Source: an uncultured Desulfobacterales bacterium
GTDB lineage: Bacteria; Desulfobacterota; Desulfobacteria; Desulfobacterales; C00003060
DNA: 64,000 bases
NCBI GenBank assembly: GCA_964430705.1
Contig: CAYSGJ010000231.1
Span: forward strand, 3,245 to 67,244
Direction: 5' to 3'
The notes under the pieces: generated by a model
The model's database searches: none
Told to the model about the DNA's origin: nothing
The model's input: only the letters and a program-made list of their open reading frames with translations
Made by a program: the position numbers and the translations under genes
Shown here: piece by piece, positions 27,626 through 37,572 of the stretch
How positions within the stretch are numbered: position 1 is the first letter of the stretch
Layout: every line of letters starts with the position of its first letter

Positions 27626-30600
27626 ATGAGTTGGCTTTCGAAAGCATACGAGAAGGTTAAAAAATCTTTCGGCAAGAAGGATGCGGAAAGCGCGAAGGAG
27701 AAATGCCCGAAGAAAGAAACCGGCCTGCTCGTTGTCGTACTGCGTAAAGAAAACCGCAGGCCGATTGAAAAAGCCGCTGTGCTTATCAAGGGGAAAACCG
27801 GTTCCAGCAAAAGGACCGATAAGGACGGCATTGCTTTTTTCAAGCCCTTGGAGCCGGATGCTTATGAGATCGACGTAACGCTGCCGCGGGATATGTCGGA
27901 GGATTATGAAAAACCGGAGGCGGGAAAACAAACCGTCGGCGAAGGGTCTTGCCCCATCAAGGTGGTTCATGCCGGATCGTTGGCCGCTTTGAAAGTGCAG
28001 GTTCATCACAAGGGGGATCCTGCAAAGGTATTGGGCGGCGCGACGATAGAGGTTTCGGGCGTCCAGTCCCATTCTCCGCAAAAGACGCAGAAAGCGGACG
28101 GCACGGCCGACTTTGGCAAGACAAAAGCCGGAAAATATACCATTCGCGCAACTCTCAAAGAAGAAGACAAGAAATCTTTTGGCGTGATCCATACTCCCGT
28201 CGAAGTCGTACTCCAAGCCGGAAAGGAAAAAGTCATTCCAATAGAAGTAGCCCCGGTCAATGTTGTCACCCCAAAAATTGACATGGAATATAAAGTGGTT
28301 CTTCTCGAGGCCGACCTTCCTGATCCCGAAAAAGCCAAGATAAACACCGATCCAACATATATCGTTGTCTATGTGGAACAAACGAACAAGAACAACCCGT
28401 TCAGGAATAATGGAAAACTGAAATGTTCCCCGGCAAAAGTAAAGGCTTTTCTGGATGAAGCCTGCACGAATGAGATTCCCGGTGAACCGGGAAGTGGTAT
28501 AACGCTGTCCAATGCGCAGCTGACCGGCGCTCAAAAAACGAAGATCTATCTTAAAGGAAAAACAGCCGGTCAGTTTGAGGTGTCGTTGGAGTTGGAAGAT
28601 CCATCCAACGGTTCTATTAAGGTAGAGAAGCCTGTTGAGACCAAGGGAAAGGAGAAGATGGGCGTTGTAAACCTTCAATTGCTGCTTTACCAACAGGATG
28701 CAGATGCTTTAAAAAACATCCAGGTAGATCCGGATGCAGATCCCCCGGCACTTTCTGCCCCGGACACATACGCTACGAAGCCCGAAAAATATCATGCCAA
28801 CTTGTTAAAACAATATCATGATAAACTGAGAGACAAGGCCCTTCCAGATCAGAAAGAAATGACTAATGATGAAAAGGTGAAAAAAAGTCGTTTGCTTCAT
28901 GTTCAAAAGGACGGGAACTTCGGCCGCGCAAAACTTGTCTGCAAAAAGTTGGACGCCGGACAATGGCCTGCGGGAACGGACAACTATGAAATTGTATTGG
29001 GTCAGCAAAAACAGAGCGGGCAAGTGGAGGCATACGACAAGGAATATGAGGGAACCGTCAAATCATTTCCCGTGAAGATTGCGCTTGGCGATTTGAAGGC
29101 CGGTGATCAGACCTTCTGGATACAGGGAAAAAGCGCCACGAAGAAATGGGGAGACGTCCGGCTGGATCTTGGAGTCGACCGGCCCGAAGGAGGGCTTGCG
29201 AAGAAACCGAAACGCAATGGGGACTGGGCCCGTTTCACCGTCGTTCAGATCCAAGAGGTCAAGATCTCCTACAAGGATGAGGCCGGCAAGGCATCGGCTT
29301 GGGATCAGTCCCAGCGAAGATTTTATATCAATTTGGCGGCCCAATGGGATACGACCAACAAGAAATTTACGACCGACGGGGATACCGATGAGAAGGGAAG
29401 GACGATTAAAATCGGTGCGCAGTTGAGTGAGAAGCTGAAGGATGTGACCATCCATTTCATGTTGGCGCCCGACAAAAACAATGGAAAGGCGGCGAACTGG
29501 GGCGTCGATCTTCCCCCGAAATGGAAATGGAACAAGATAGCCGTAACGCTCAAACACAAAGATAAAAAAGACCGAAAAGATCTGTTGCACCTGACGGAAA
29601 AAACGAATGACGAGGGCTACGCCGAAAAGGAACTGGTCCTGTCCCGCTTTGGTGGAGATAAGTTTACTCCGGGCTGTTATACCGATCAGGATCCGCATCT
29701 TGCCAAGTATGTGCACGGTCACACCGATCTTGAAAAGAAAAAGCCGGTTTTCGCCCCGTATGCCATAAGGATCTGGCGCAAATTCTGGTATCAATTTACC
29801 AAGGCCGACGGGTTTTCCCCGCCTTTGCCAGCTAATGCCGTGACGGCTTATCGGGACGTTCGCGCGCAAATGGTTCTGGATCAACAAAAGTCGTTTATTG
29901 AAACAGCGACAGGGACGGCCGGTGAAATCGTCGCCCCGGCGAGAACCTTTTATGAAGATTATATTCTAAACGGAGGAAACTCCACGACAAAGGTAGCCAA
30001 CGTGGGCGACTACAACAAGAACGCTATTGCCAATGCCGCCTATGAGGCAAAAAGCGATCAGCCTGTCAAGAATCAATTGATTGTGTGCACTTGCCAGTAT
30101 GATGTCAAAAAAAGCGGGAACAAGCGAAAGGCAACAGGGAGAAGTGCCGCCATTACATCGGATATCCACGGAACAAAGGTTAAAATCACAATGGATAAGC
30201 CGGTATTCGACCCGCCGCTCCACGGCGGTTCCATGGTGCACAAGCTGTACTGGTATCGCAAATCCGCTCCGGGAGTAAAACACAATATTGCGGCCGCAAA
30301 GGCCGGCATCCCGAAGCCCCGAGCGAACAACAGACAGATCGAGGTCGATGTTCCGGTGATTAATCCCGCTCCCGGCGCCGGCAACAACGCCGTCTATATC
30401 GTGGCAACCTGCTGGAGCCCTTGGGGACCCTATCTTGGCGAGAGTTTCGGAAAGCATTCACTCATTGTATACAAATCCACCAGCCAACTGTATAAAGATG
30501 ACTATCATGATACGGTCGTTCATGAGATTGGGCATGCCCTCAGGCAGGTCCCGAAACCCGGGAAACAACCCGGGCATCCGGGAGTTGTGGATCATCCGAA

Positions 30601-30781
30601 TCAGAAAGATGAAGGTCAGGGCAATCACTGCCGGGTGAATGACGGCGTGGACGCCGGAAAGACAAAGTATGTCTGCGTGATGTACGATTCGGGGCCGAAT
30701 CGGTTCAGCAAGCATGTGTATTGCAAGACATGCCATCCCTATATTTTGGTGGAGAATTTTTCCAGCTTTGACGATTTATGA
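27626..30781 (+). CDS. 1051-aa putative T6SS effector: two CarboxypepD_reg-like beta-sandwich repeats plus a C-terminal HExxH zinc metallopeptidase-like domain
   Basis: No signal peptide; Lys-rich N-terminus. Repeats are ..RTDKDGIAFFKPLEPDAYEIDV and ..KADGTADFGKTKAGKYTIRATL. HEIGH lies at nt 30521-30535, followed by GHPGVVDHPNQ..NHC..CKTCHPY. Located after vgrG, the adaptor and PAAR. Confidence 0.7.
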   Translation: MSWLSKAYEKVKKSFGKKDAESAKEKCPKKETGLLVVVLRKENRRPIEKAAVLIKGKTGSSKRTDKDGIAFFKPLEPDAYEIDVTLPRDMSEDYEKPEAGKQTVGEGSCPIKVVHAGSLAALKVQVHHKGDPAKVLGGATIEVSGVQSHSPQKTQKADGTADFGKTKAGKYTIRATLKEEDKKSFGVIHTPVEVVLQAGKEKVIPIEVAPVNVVTPKIDMEYKVVLLEADLPDPEKAKINTDPTYIVVYVEQTNKNNPFRNNGKLKCSPAKVKAFLDEACTNEIPGEPGSGITLSNAQLTGAQKTKIYLKGKTAGQFEVSLELEDPSNGSIKVEKPVETKGKEKMGVVNLQLLLYQQDADALKNIQVDPDADPPALSAPDTYATKPEKYHANLLKQYHDKLRDKALPDQKEMTNDEKVKKSRLLHVQKDGNFGRAKLVCKKLDAGQWPAGTDNYEIVLGQQKQSGQVEAYDKEYEGTVKSFPVKIALGDLKAGDQTFWIQGKSATKKWGDVRLDLGVDRPEGGLAKKPKRNGDWARFTVVQIQEVKISYKDEAGKASAWDQSQRRFYINLAAQWDTTNKKFTTDGDTDEKGRTIKIGAQLSEKLKDVTIHFMLAPDKNNGKAANWGVDLPPKWKWNKIAVTLKHKDKKDRKDLLHLTEKTNDEGYAEKELVLSRFGGDKFTPGCYTDQDPHLAKYVHGHTDLEKKKPVFAPYAIRIWRKFWYQFTKADGFSPPLPANAVTAYRDVRAQMVLDQQKSFIETATGTAGEIVAPARTFYEDYILNGGNSTTKVANVGDYNKNAIANAAYEAKSDQPVKNQLIVCTCQYDVKKSGNKRKATGRSAAITSDIHGTKVKITMDKPVFDPPLHGGSMVHKLYWYRKSAPGVKHNIAAAKAGIPKPRANNRQIEVDVPVINPAPGAGNNAVYIVATCWSPWGPYLGESFGKHSLIVYKSTSQLYKDDYHDTVVHEIGHALRQVPKPGKQPGHPGVVDHPNQKDEGQGNHCRVNDGVDAGKTKYVCVMYDSGPNRFSKHVYCKTCHPYILVENFSSFDDL

Positions 30782-31977
30782 TTTCTCACGTACCACATTT
30801 TACTTTGGCCGTAACGGCAACAATGCTTATCTGTAGCGGCTGTGTTGGTTGCGGACCGACCGGACAACCGGAAAGCCGGCGCAAAAACGCCAAGGAGATT
30901 TCCTCTATGCAGACAAAGAAAATATCAGGATCTGTTGATGCCGTGTCGGGGCTTCTTCGGTTATCCTCTGAGGCCTACTTCGATTTCGATGAATCGACCG
31001 AAGATAAAATCACCAACGAACTGATTGTAATGGATGAGTTCGAGGGTACGGCCATCGGAGCGCCCGGATCAGTGGATATTGCCTCCCAAACACAGCTGCC
31101 GGTGCTCTGGGTGAGAAGGGCTACCGGACTCAGGAGTTGGCAGGTGGAGGTACACCGAAATAGTATTGTTGTCCTCTCGGATTTAATCCGGGGCGAAATT
31201 TCATTGCATAACGCCTGGGGTGGGGAAAAAAGAATGGATTTGAGCGAAGTGCCTTTATCAAGTTCCGGCAACCGGCCCGCCCCGGATATGGCCGAAGGCG
31301 CAACAGTGAGTGCGGAAATTGTTGATCTTCGCTCTATTGCCAACTTTCCTTGGCAACCCGGCCGATTCGCAATTACCTTTATTATTCATGATTGGATGTC
31401 AAATACCGCCCTGGTAGAGCTGAATAGACATGGGGATGGTCTCACGCCCGACGAAGAGCGGGCGATATTTTTTCCAAGAGAGACAGCCGTCGACCTGGTA
31501 AAAATGTATAAAAAGGCCGCTAGTGAAGTCGATTCCGGCATTAGTATTATAGCTCACGAAAAAACCCCCAGGGTGGATAAGCCGGGAGTTGCTTTTGTAA
31601 CGGAAAAAAAGAAGGAACATGGTCTGGATCATTTGTTTGTTCATGGCGCGGCCAAATTGCCGGTTCAACTTGGAGCGATTGTCGAATTATCTGACGATGA
31701 AAAGTCACAACAGGCCGTGGCAATAGAACAGGACAATCTGCGAGCACCTGACGCGGTTGTCGGACTATTGTTGATTTTTAGTCATCTTGACGATCCTGAA
31801 CCCCAGCAAATGTATCTCCAGGTTCCGGTTTATTCAGAGGCAACATTGAAACCAGGAGACATAGTCGATGTGGCATTCAGCATCGATATCGTTGCGGCTT
31901 ACGGGGGATTTTTACCGGCAATTGACCTCATATATTTGGTGGGTGGAGAGTTTATTTACGGACCTTGCCGCACTTAG
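30778..31977 (+). CDS. putative cognate immunity protein (exported/lipoprotein-like)
   Basis: ATG overlaps the effector stop (ATGA, 30778-30781). Hydrophobic N-terminus FTLAVTATMLICSGCVGC. No enzymatic motif. The immunity role is inferred from position only. Confidence 0.5.
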   Translation: MISHVPHFTLAVTATMLICSGCVGCGPTGQPESRRKNAKEISSMQTKKISGSVDAVSGLLRLSSEAYFDFDESTEDKITNELIVMDEFEGTAIGAPGSVDIASQTQLPVLWVRRATGLRSWQVEVHRNSIVVLSDLIRGEISLHNAWGGEKRMDLSEVPLSSSGNRPAPDMAEGATVSAEIVDLRSIANFPWQPGRFAITFIIHDWMSNTALVELNRHGDGLTPDEERAIFFPRETAVDLVKMYKKAASEVDSGISIIAHEKTPRVDKPGVAFVTEKKKEHGLDHLFVHGAAKLPVQLGAIVELSDDEKSQQAVAIEQDNLRAPDAVVGLLLIFSHLDDPEPQQMYLQVPVYSEATLKPGDIVDVAFSIDIVAAYGGFLPAIDLIYLVGGEFIYGPCRT

Positions 31978-31993
31978 ATTCGTTTGGGTTTTT

Positions 31994-33070
31994 TTGCAGA
32001 AAAATCATTTAAAAAAAACCGAGATTATTTGTCCCCGATGCCGGCAAGCCGGCGCCGGCAAGATGATTCAGCATGCGTTGGAGCTTGGGGACGTTTTCAA
32101 GGAAGAAAATGGTTTTATCCTTGAAGGTTTTTTGATTTGCTCGAATGCGCAGTGCCGGTTCCGGCACCCCATTGTTCAAGGCGTTCCGATTCTCATGAAA
32201 AACCTGGAAGGCTGGTTGGAATCGGAAGAGACGACATCCGCCTTTGTTGCCGGCGATACGGCCGGCATGCAAAAATATCTCTATCGGTTGCAACAAAATG
32301 GAGCTCAGGCGGAAGCTGAAAGAAGTCTTTTGAGTACATACATGGATTTCCACTATGGAAGTCCTGATGATGTTCCGGATCCCTTGGCGCCATATACTGA
32401 TCCCAAAGCCCTTTGGCAAAGACTGGTCGAGACGGCGTTGCCTGAGGGGGAAAAAAAGTATAATCTCTCGCTGGATTTGGGATGTTCCGTGGGGCGATAC
32501 ACCTTTGAGCTGGCACGATTCAGCGCGTTGGCCGTCGGCGTGGATATGCACTTTCAAAAGGTTGCCGCCGCAGCGCGGCTTCAGAGGACTCGGCGGGTTT
32601 CTTATCAACGAAAAATGCATGGTCGTTGTTATGAAAACGTGGAGAGTTCTTTTTTACCCGTGCAAAACGCCTTGTTTCTTGCAGCCGATGCGCTGGATCC
32701 TCCGTTTCGTGCGGAAACCTTCGATCTTGTGGCCGGCCTGAATCTGCTCGACAACGTGCGTCTGCCGCTTGTGCTGATAGGACAGATGGATGCTCTGTTG
32801 AAAAAAGGCGGAACCATGGTGATGAGTTCGCCCTACGAGTGGAGGGCCGATATCTGTGAGCCGTCACAGTGGTTGGAAAGCCAAGACATGGCCGGCCCAG
32901 CTGCCGTCAGAAAGTTGCTGGAAGGAGCGATTCTTCCGGAGATGGGATTGACATATGAAGTCGTGGAGGACAGAGAGAATGTCCCCTGGATGCTGAGACA
33001 TCACGACCGGCACTGGAGTCTTTTCCTGCTGCATCTTCTGAAAGCCGGGAAAAAACAGGGTAGGCCGTAG
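31994..33070 (+). CDS. class I SAM-dependent methyltransferase with N-terminal Trm112-like zinc ribbon
   Basis: CPRC..(C..C)RFRHPIVQGVPILM ribbon followed by motif I SLDLGCSVGRY. The 5' end is uncertain: TTG 31994 keeps the CPRC pair, and the next ATG is 32063. Confidence 0.65.
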   Translation: MQKNHLKKTEIICPRCRQAGAGKMIQHALELGDVFKEENGFILEGFLICSNAQCRFRHPIVQGVPILMKNLEGWLESEETTSAFVAGDTAGMQKYLYRLQQNGAQAEAERSLLSTYMDFHYGSPDDVPDPLAPYTDPKALWQRLVETALPEGEKKYNLSLDLGCSVGRYTFELARFSALAVGVDMHFQKVAAAARLQRTRRVSYQRKMHGRCYENVESSFLPVQNALFLAADALDPPFRAETFDLVAGLNLLDNVRLPLVLIGQMDALLKKGGTMVMSSPYEWRADICEPSQWLESQDMAGPAAVRKLLEGAILPEMGLTYEVVEDRENVPWMLRHHDRHWSLFLLHLLKAGKKQGRP

Positions 33071-33200
33071 CTTCTTAAAAATGGCTGAAGTAGACGTAGC
33101 CTCAGCATTTCAAAGCGCTGAACTGGTACGAAAACAGTTTTTCGCAGAAGACAAAGAGAAAAGATGATTGCGCATACACACACAGATAGAGGATAAGCAT

Positions 33201-34052
33201 ATGCCTCCGATTAACACGCAACTCATGACCTTTACGGCGAAGATGACATTCATCGCCAATATGAAACCGCTTCCCATGGACTGGAATAAACCAGGGATTC
33301 AATACAACGACGCCTTCAAGCCGGAAGAATTGGCGGTCCCGATCAATGCGCCGGCCCCGCCGTACCTTTTCAGAGAAGCCACTCCCAATAAGTATCACGT
33401 GGACACGGCCAAAACCATCGGAAATCAACACGCGGACTTTATCGACAAAATATGCAATGCCATCGGATTTTCTCATGATATGTGGAGACTTCAGGCCAAA
33501 TTCAAGGATCTGAAGATCAACGCCCTTACCGCCCTTGGCCTCCCGGGATGTCTGGACGGGCCGGGGCTGGGACCCAATATTAAGAATGCTCCCGCGATGG
33601 CGGGCGCCACGAAACAGGAGAAAAAGTACGGAGCGGCGATTGCCGAAGCACTGGAAGACAAATACAAAAAGTGGCAGGACCATGTCATGGTCCCGGGGTT
33701 GCCGTGGTATCCGGCTTTTGTCGCCTTTCCGGGACCGATGGCGCCGCCGATGCCGAATATCCCCATGCCCTTGATCACCTGCCCGTCGCCCATGATGGGG
33801 GAGTTGAGCCCCCCCGTCCTCAAGCAGGCCATGGCGGATGCGCTGGGCGAAAAGGATGCTCTGCATCACAAAGAACTCTTCGACGCGGTGGCGACGGGTT
33901 TTTTCCTCGCGTTTATGTTGTGGTTGGTGTCTCAACAGGTCATGATGGTCATGGGCAAAGGCCCTATCCCCACGTTCGCACCGCCCTACGTTCCGGTAGG
34001 GCCGGTCGTAATGGGGGACAACATTCCCATTCCGGGACACTTGGCGGTGTAA
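33201..34052 (+). CDS. hypothetical 283-aa Pro/Met-rich protein with a C-terminal hydrophobic segment
   Basis: ATG 33201 with GAGGA 8 nt upstream. Pro-rich tracts PGLPWYPAFVAFPGPMAPPMPNIPMPL and GPIPTFAPPYVPVGPVVMG. Hydrophobic stretch VATGFFLAFMLWLVSQQVMMVMG. No known family recognised. Confidence 0.6.
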   Translation: MPPINTQLMTFTAKMTFIANMKPLPMDWNKPGIQYNDAFKPEELAVPINAPAPPYLFREATPNKYHVDTAKTIGNQHADFIDKICNAIGFSHDMWRLQAKFKDLKINALTALGLPGCLDGPGLGPNIKNAPAMAGATKQEKKYGAAIAEALEDKYKKWQDHVMVPGLPWYPAFVAFPGPMAPPMPNIPMPLITCPSPMMGELSPPVLKQAMADALGEKDALHHKELFDAVATGFFLAFMLWLVSQQVMMVMGKGPIPTFAPPYVPVGPVVMGDNIPIPGHLAV

Positions 34053-34132
34053 TCGGATTCAAGCAGAGGCGCCGGGTAAGCCTCTTTTAAGGGGGTAACA
34101 AAAAGCCGGCCCTCTGGACCCGGATCTTTATT

Positions 34133-35143
34133 ATGCTTATCGAAAACAATACTTGCTTTCAGCACTTTGCATTGCCCGGCATAGGGCCCTCGGACGGGCC
34201 GGTGGTGACCGTGGTGGTGAAAGGGACTTTTGACATCCCACACGAAGGGCCGGCGGTGGTCTCCGCCCAACAGGAGCCCATTTTTTTCGGTGATCAACTC
34301 CAGGATCCGAACAAGGGCGGCAGCACCCGGTTCGAAGACGATCTCGCGATTTTCAAGCCTCGATGCGATGTGGTAATCGTGGGCAAGGCGCTGGCGCCGA
34401 AAGGGTCCGGCGTGCAGGTGCTGGATGTCGGTTTTCATTTTGGAAAGATTCAAAAGATCGTTCGCGTTTTCGGCGACCGACATTGGCAATCCGGGGGACT
34501 CATGGGAGATGTCTTGGCGTCTGCGCCGGCACCGTTTGCCGAAATGGACCTGGTCTACGAAAATGCCTTTGGCGGCATGGATTTGACCTCGGGAGATTAT
34601 TGCGCTGAAAATCCTGTTGGCCGCGGCGTGATAAGCGGCAGGAAAAAGGATGCATGGGAATACAAAGCATTGCCCAATCTTGAAGACCCGAACAATCTGA
34701 TCAAGTCCTGGAAGGACCGACCAAGGCCGGTTGGTTTTGGTTTCATAGGAAAAGGCTGGGCTCAGCGGGTGCGGTATTTGGGCGCCTATGATGAGAAGTG
34801 GAAGAAAGAACGGTATCCCGGACGGCCCTTGGATTTTACGTTCGACTTTTTCAACGCTGCGCCGTTGGATCAACAAGTGGAAGGCTATTTAAAAGGAGAT
34901 GAATCGGGAGAGCTTTTTCATCTGACCCCGGAAGGTAAGAGATCCTTTGAACTGCCAGGGAAAAAACCCGTGGTCTCGGTGTCCAGATCCTTTGAAGGAT
35001 CGGATTTCGAAGACGTGTCCATGAATCTGGACACCCTTTGTCTCATGCCTGCAGAAGAACGATTTTATCTCCTGTGGCGCGGTCTGGTTGCCGTCGAAAA
35101 GATAGATGAACCGGATGTGGCGCGCATTAAGATCTCGGTGTGA
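34133..35143 (+). CDS. DUF2169-family T6SS adaptor-like protein, copy A
   Basis: VVVKGTFDI, DLAIFKP.CDVV.VG.A, VRVFGDRHW, MDLVYENAFGG and PNLEDPNNLIKSWKDRPRPVGFGF are the DUF2169 pattern. Confidence 0.8.
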   Translation: MLIENNTCFQHFALPGIGPSDGPVVTVVVKGTFDIPHEGPAVVSAQQEPIFFGDQLQDPNKGGSTRFEDDLAIFKPRCDVVIVGKALAPKGSGVQVLDVGFHFGKIQKIVRVFGDRHWQSGGLMGDVLASAPAPFAEMDLVYENAFGGMDLTSGDYCAENPVGRGVISGRKKDAWEYKALPNLEDPNNLIKSWKDRPRPVGFGFIGKGWAQRVRYLGAYDEKWKKERYPGRPLDFTFDFFNAAPLDQQVEGYLKGDESGELFHLTPEGKRSFELPGKKPVVSVSRSFEGSDFEDVSMNLDTLCLMPAEERFYLLWRGLVAVEKIDEPDVARIKISV

Positions 35144-36150
35144 ACTCTCCTGCTGAAAGAGTTGAAAATAAATTCTGTGTTATTTCCAACGAGAACGGCC
35201 CTTTTCAGTGCGAGAATCATTGTTCAGATATTTTTGGTGATGTTTTCGAAAAGAACCGGTCGTTTTTCCGCAATGCCGCCCTGCTTGCAGGTCTTGAACT
35301 GGGCGTTTTCCCATATCTGACGCATCCCATGACATGCGAGGAGCTTTCCTTCGCTTTATTGGGAAACCATTCGCGGCGGCTTCGCGCCCTGCTTAACGCA
35401 CTGGTTATCGAAGGCTATCTCCACAGGCAGGATGGCTTCAACTATGGGATAGCGCACGTGCCGGATTCGAAACCGGCATTGCCGAAATCGGGTTGGGGAA
35501 GATTGGCCGAGGTCATTTTCACGAATGAGCCCCTGCAAGACATGGACAACGCCGGCAGTGCGATGGAAATGCAAGCGCGGTTGCACGACCATTTGTTCGA
35601 GACGGGTTATCCGGCTGCCCTGAGATTATGGAGGCGTCTTGGCATAGAGACGGGAAGTTTGTTGGATATCGGCTCAGGTTCAGGGGCCTACAGTGCGGCG
35701 TTTCTTGATGTCAATGAAGATACTCTGGCGGCCCTTGTGGATCGTGATGATGTCTTGGAGCTGGCCCGCCGCCGTCTCGGGAAATATGCAAGCCGTGTTC
35801 GGTTTGAAAAAAGCGACGCATTTGAAACCGTTCCGGGCCGATATGACTTTGTACTTTTGGCCAATGTACTGCATTTGTGCGGCCCAACGGCCTGTATGGG
35901 CCTTGTAAACACGGCTGCGCAGGCTTTGGTTCCCGGTGGACGTCTGATCATAAAAGATCTACGCATTGAAAATAACCATACCGGTCCTCCCGTCTCCGTT
36001 TACTTCGCCCTGAATATGGCCCTTTATACGGAGGCCGGCGATGTTTATGCGAAGGACGATGTGTGCAGTTGGATCAGGGCCGTGGGCCTCCGGGATTTGC
36101 ATACGGTTAACGATTCCCGTAGTCTTGTTATCATTGCAAGCAAGAGGTGA
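35140..36150 (+). CDS. SAM-dependent methyltransferase, O-methyltransferase-like (N-terminal winged-helix/dimerisation region)
   Basis: GTG start overlaps the DUF2169-A stop (GTGA). Motif I is LLDIGSGSGAYSAAF, followed by DFVLLANVLHL and GGRLIIKD. Confidence 0.75.
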   Translation: MNSPAERVENKFCVISNENGPFQCENHCSDIFGDVFEKNRSFFRNAALLAGLELGVFPYLTHPMTCEELSFALLGNHSRRLRALLNALVIEGYLHRQDGFNYGIAHVPDSKPALPKSGWGRLAEVIFTNEPLQDMDNAGSAMEMQARLHDHLFETGYPAALRLWRRLGIETGSLLDIGSGSGAYSAAFLDVNEDTLAALVDRDDVLELARRRLGKYASRVRFEKSDAFETVPGRYDFVLLANVLHLCGPTACMGLVNTAAQALVPGGRLIIKDLRIENNHTGPPVSVYFALNMALYTEAGDVYAKDDVCSWIRAVGLRDLHTVNDSRSLVIIASKR

Positions 36151-36165
36151 AGGCGGATTTTTTTT

Positions 36166-37572
36166 ATGGCAATAGTCCTTTTGATCATGCCCGGACTGCC
36201 CCAGAAAAACGGGGCGCCGTACATCGGACAACAATACGTCGCGGCGAGTCTTCTGCGCGACGGTCACGAGGTGCGGTGTGTGGATCTTGCGGCGGTTGGG
36301 TCTACGAATTCCGAAGAAGACCTGGTTGCTTTGGCGGAGGCATTGGCGCCGGATATGATCGGAATGACCTTGTTTACGCAAAACGCGGCACGGGGATACG
36401 CACTTGCGAAAAAGCTCCGCCATGCGGGCAGGCTCCTGGCGGCAGGAGGTCCTCATGCGACGGTATTGCCCAATGAAGCGCTTGAGAATGGTTTTGAAGT
36501 TGCGGTTTGCGGAGAGGGAGAGCGGGTTGCGGTGTTGTTGGCCAGGTGGTTGGACAAAAAAGTAAAAGAACCGTTTCCGGAAATTGCCGGATGTCATACG
36601 CAAGGCGTCCGGGGTCTTGCTTGGAGTCCCATTGAAAACCTGGATGATCTGCCGTTTCCACATGAAAGCTATCCATGTTTTGACGAAAAGGCTTATTCCC
36701 CGGAAGGCATCGCGGTCATCGGCGGGATGATTACAAGCCGAGGTTGCCCGGCGCAGTGTACCTTTTGCGCCAACTATGTCACCGGACGCAGCCACCAATG
36801 GCGATCCGCCGCAAATGTGATCGAGGAGATGAAAGAGCTTCGCGTAGGATACAACGTGAGGCATTTTTCGATATGGGATGACGCTTTTGCGGCGAAACAT
36901 TCCCGGGTTGAAGAACTGTGTGAAGCCATGCTGAAGGAATACACTCTGAACGGCGTTACCTGGTCCTGTAACACGCCGGCAAATATGGTGAATCCCGAGG
37001 ATTTGGCGCTTATGCGAAAAGCGGGGTGCGCGGCGGTGAATTTTGGAATTGAAAGCGGCGACAAAGAAATTTTAAAGATCATTAAAAAGGGGCAACGGCC
37101 GGATCAGATCAAGAAAGCGGTGGCCGCCGCCAAAGCGGTTGGGATGACCACCATTGTCAACTTTATGTTCGGATTTCCCGAAGAAGGGATAGCGGAGTTG
37201 AACAACACCCTGCGTCTTATGACTGAGCTGGCGGACGACGCGGATTATTTCAATCACAGGGGTACGCTGACGCCGTTTCCCGGCACGGCGATATACGATC
37301 AATATCATGATCAATACGGTTTCAGCGAGTGGTGGCTCAATTCCGGCTATGTTCCGGATGAGCCAAGCTGGGCGGAGCTTGATCCGGAACAAGTCGGAAA
37401 ATATCTGGAACACGACCCCGTATTGGACCTGGACTTTTTTCATTACGCGAATGAGGTTCGCGAGAAGATTGCCGAGTGCATTGTTTTTAAGGCGAAACAC
37501 AATCAACATGCGATAATGCGCACACATGATACGTGTCACGGAGTAACCGGATCACGTGGAAATCATCAATAA
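36166..37572 (+). CDS. B12-binding (class B) radical SAM enzyme
   Basis: The N-terminal cobalamin-binding-type Rossmann region (..DMIGMTLFT..LLAAGGPHATV..VCGEGE) is followed by SRGCPAQCTFCANY (CxxxCxxC). Confidence 0.85.
   Translation: MAIVLLIMPGLPQKNGAPYIGQQYVAASLLRDGHEVRCVDLAAVGSTNSEEDLVALAEALAPDMIGMTLFTQNAARGYALAKKLRHAGRLLAAGGPHATVLPNEALENGFEVAVCGEGERVAVLLARWLDKKVKEPFPEIAGCHTQGVRGLAWSPIENLDDLPFPHESYPCFDEKAYSPEGIAVIGGMITSRGCPAQCTFCANYVTGRSHQWRSAANVIEEMKELRVGYNVRHFSIWDDAFAAKHSRVEELCEAMLKEYTLNGVTWSCNTPANMVNPEDLALMRKAGCAAVNFGIESGDKEILKIIKKGQRPDQIKKAVAAAKAVGMTTIVNFMFGFPEEGIAELNNTLRLMTELADDADYFNHRGTLTPFPGTAIYDQYHDQYGFSEWWLNSGYVPDEPSWAELDPEQVGKYLEHDPVLDLDFFHYANEVREKIAECIVFKAKHNQHAIMRTHDTCHGVTGSRGNHQ

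Noticed and set aside
27608-28693. 361-aa minus-strand ORF
   Set aside because: It is antisense to the 5' part of the effector candidate, whose plus-strand frame shows beta-sandwich repeat motifs.
33102-34876. Two long minus-strand ORFs (312 aa and 296 aa)
   Set aside because: They are antisense to the 283-aa protein and DUF2169-A. Their translations are Arg/His-rich (e.g. RHRRRHRSRKGDKSR). The plus-strand products have RBSs and recognisable DUF2169 blocks.
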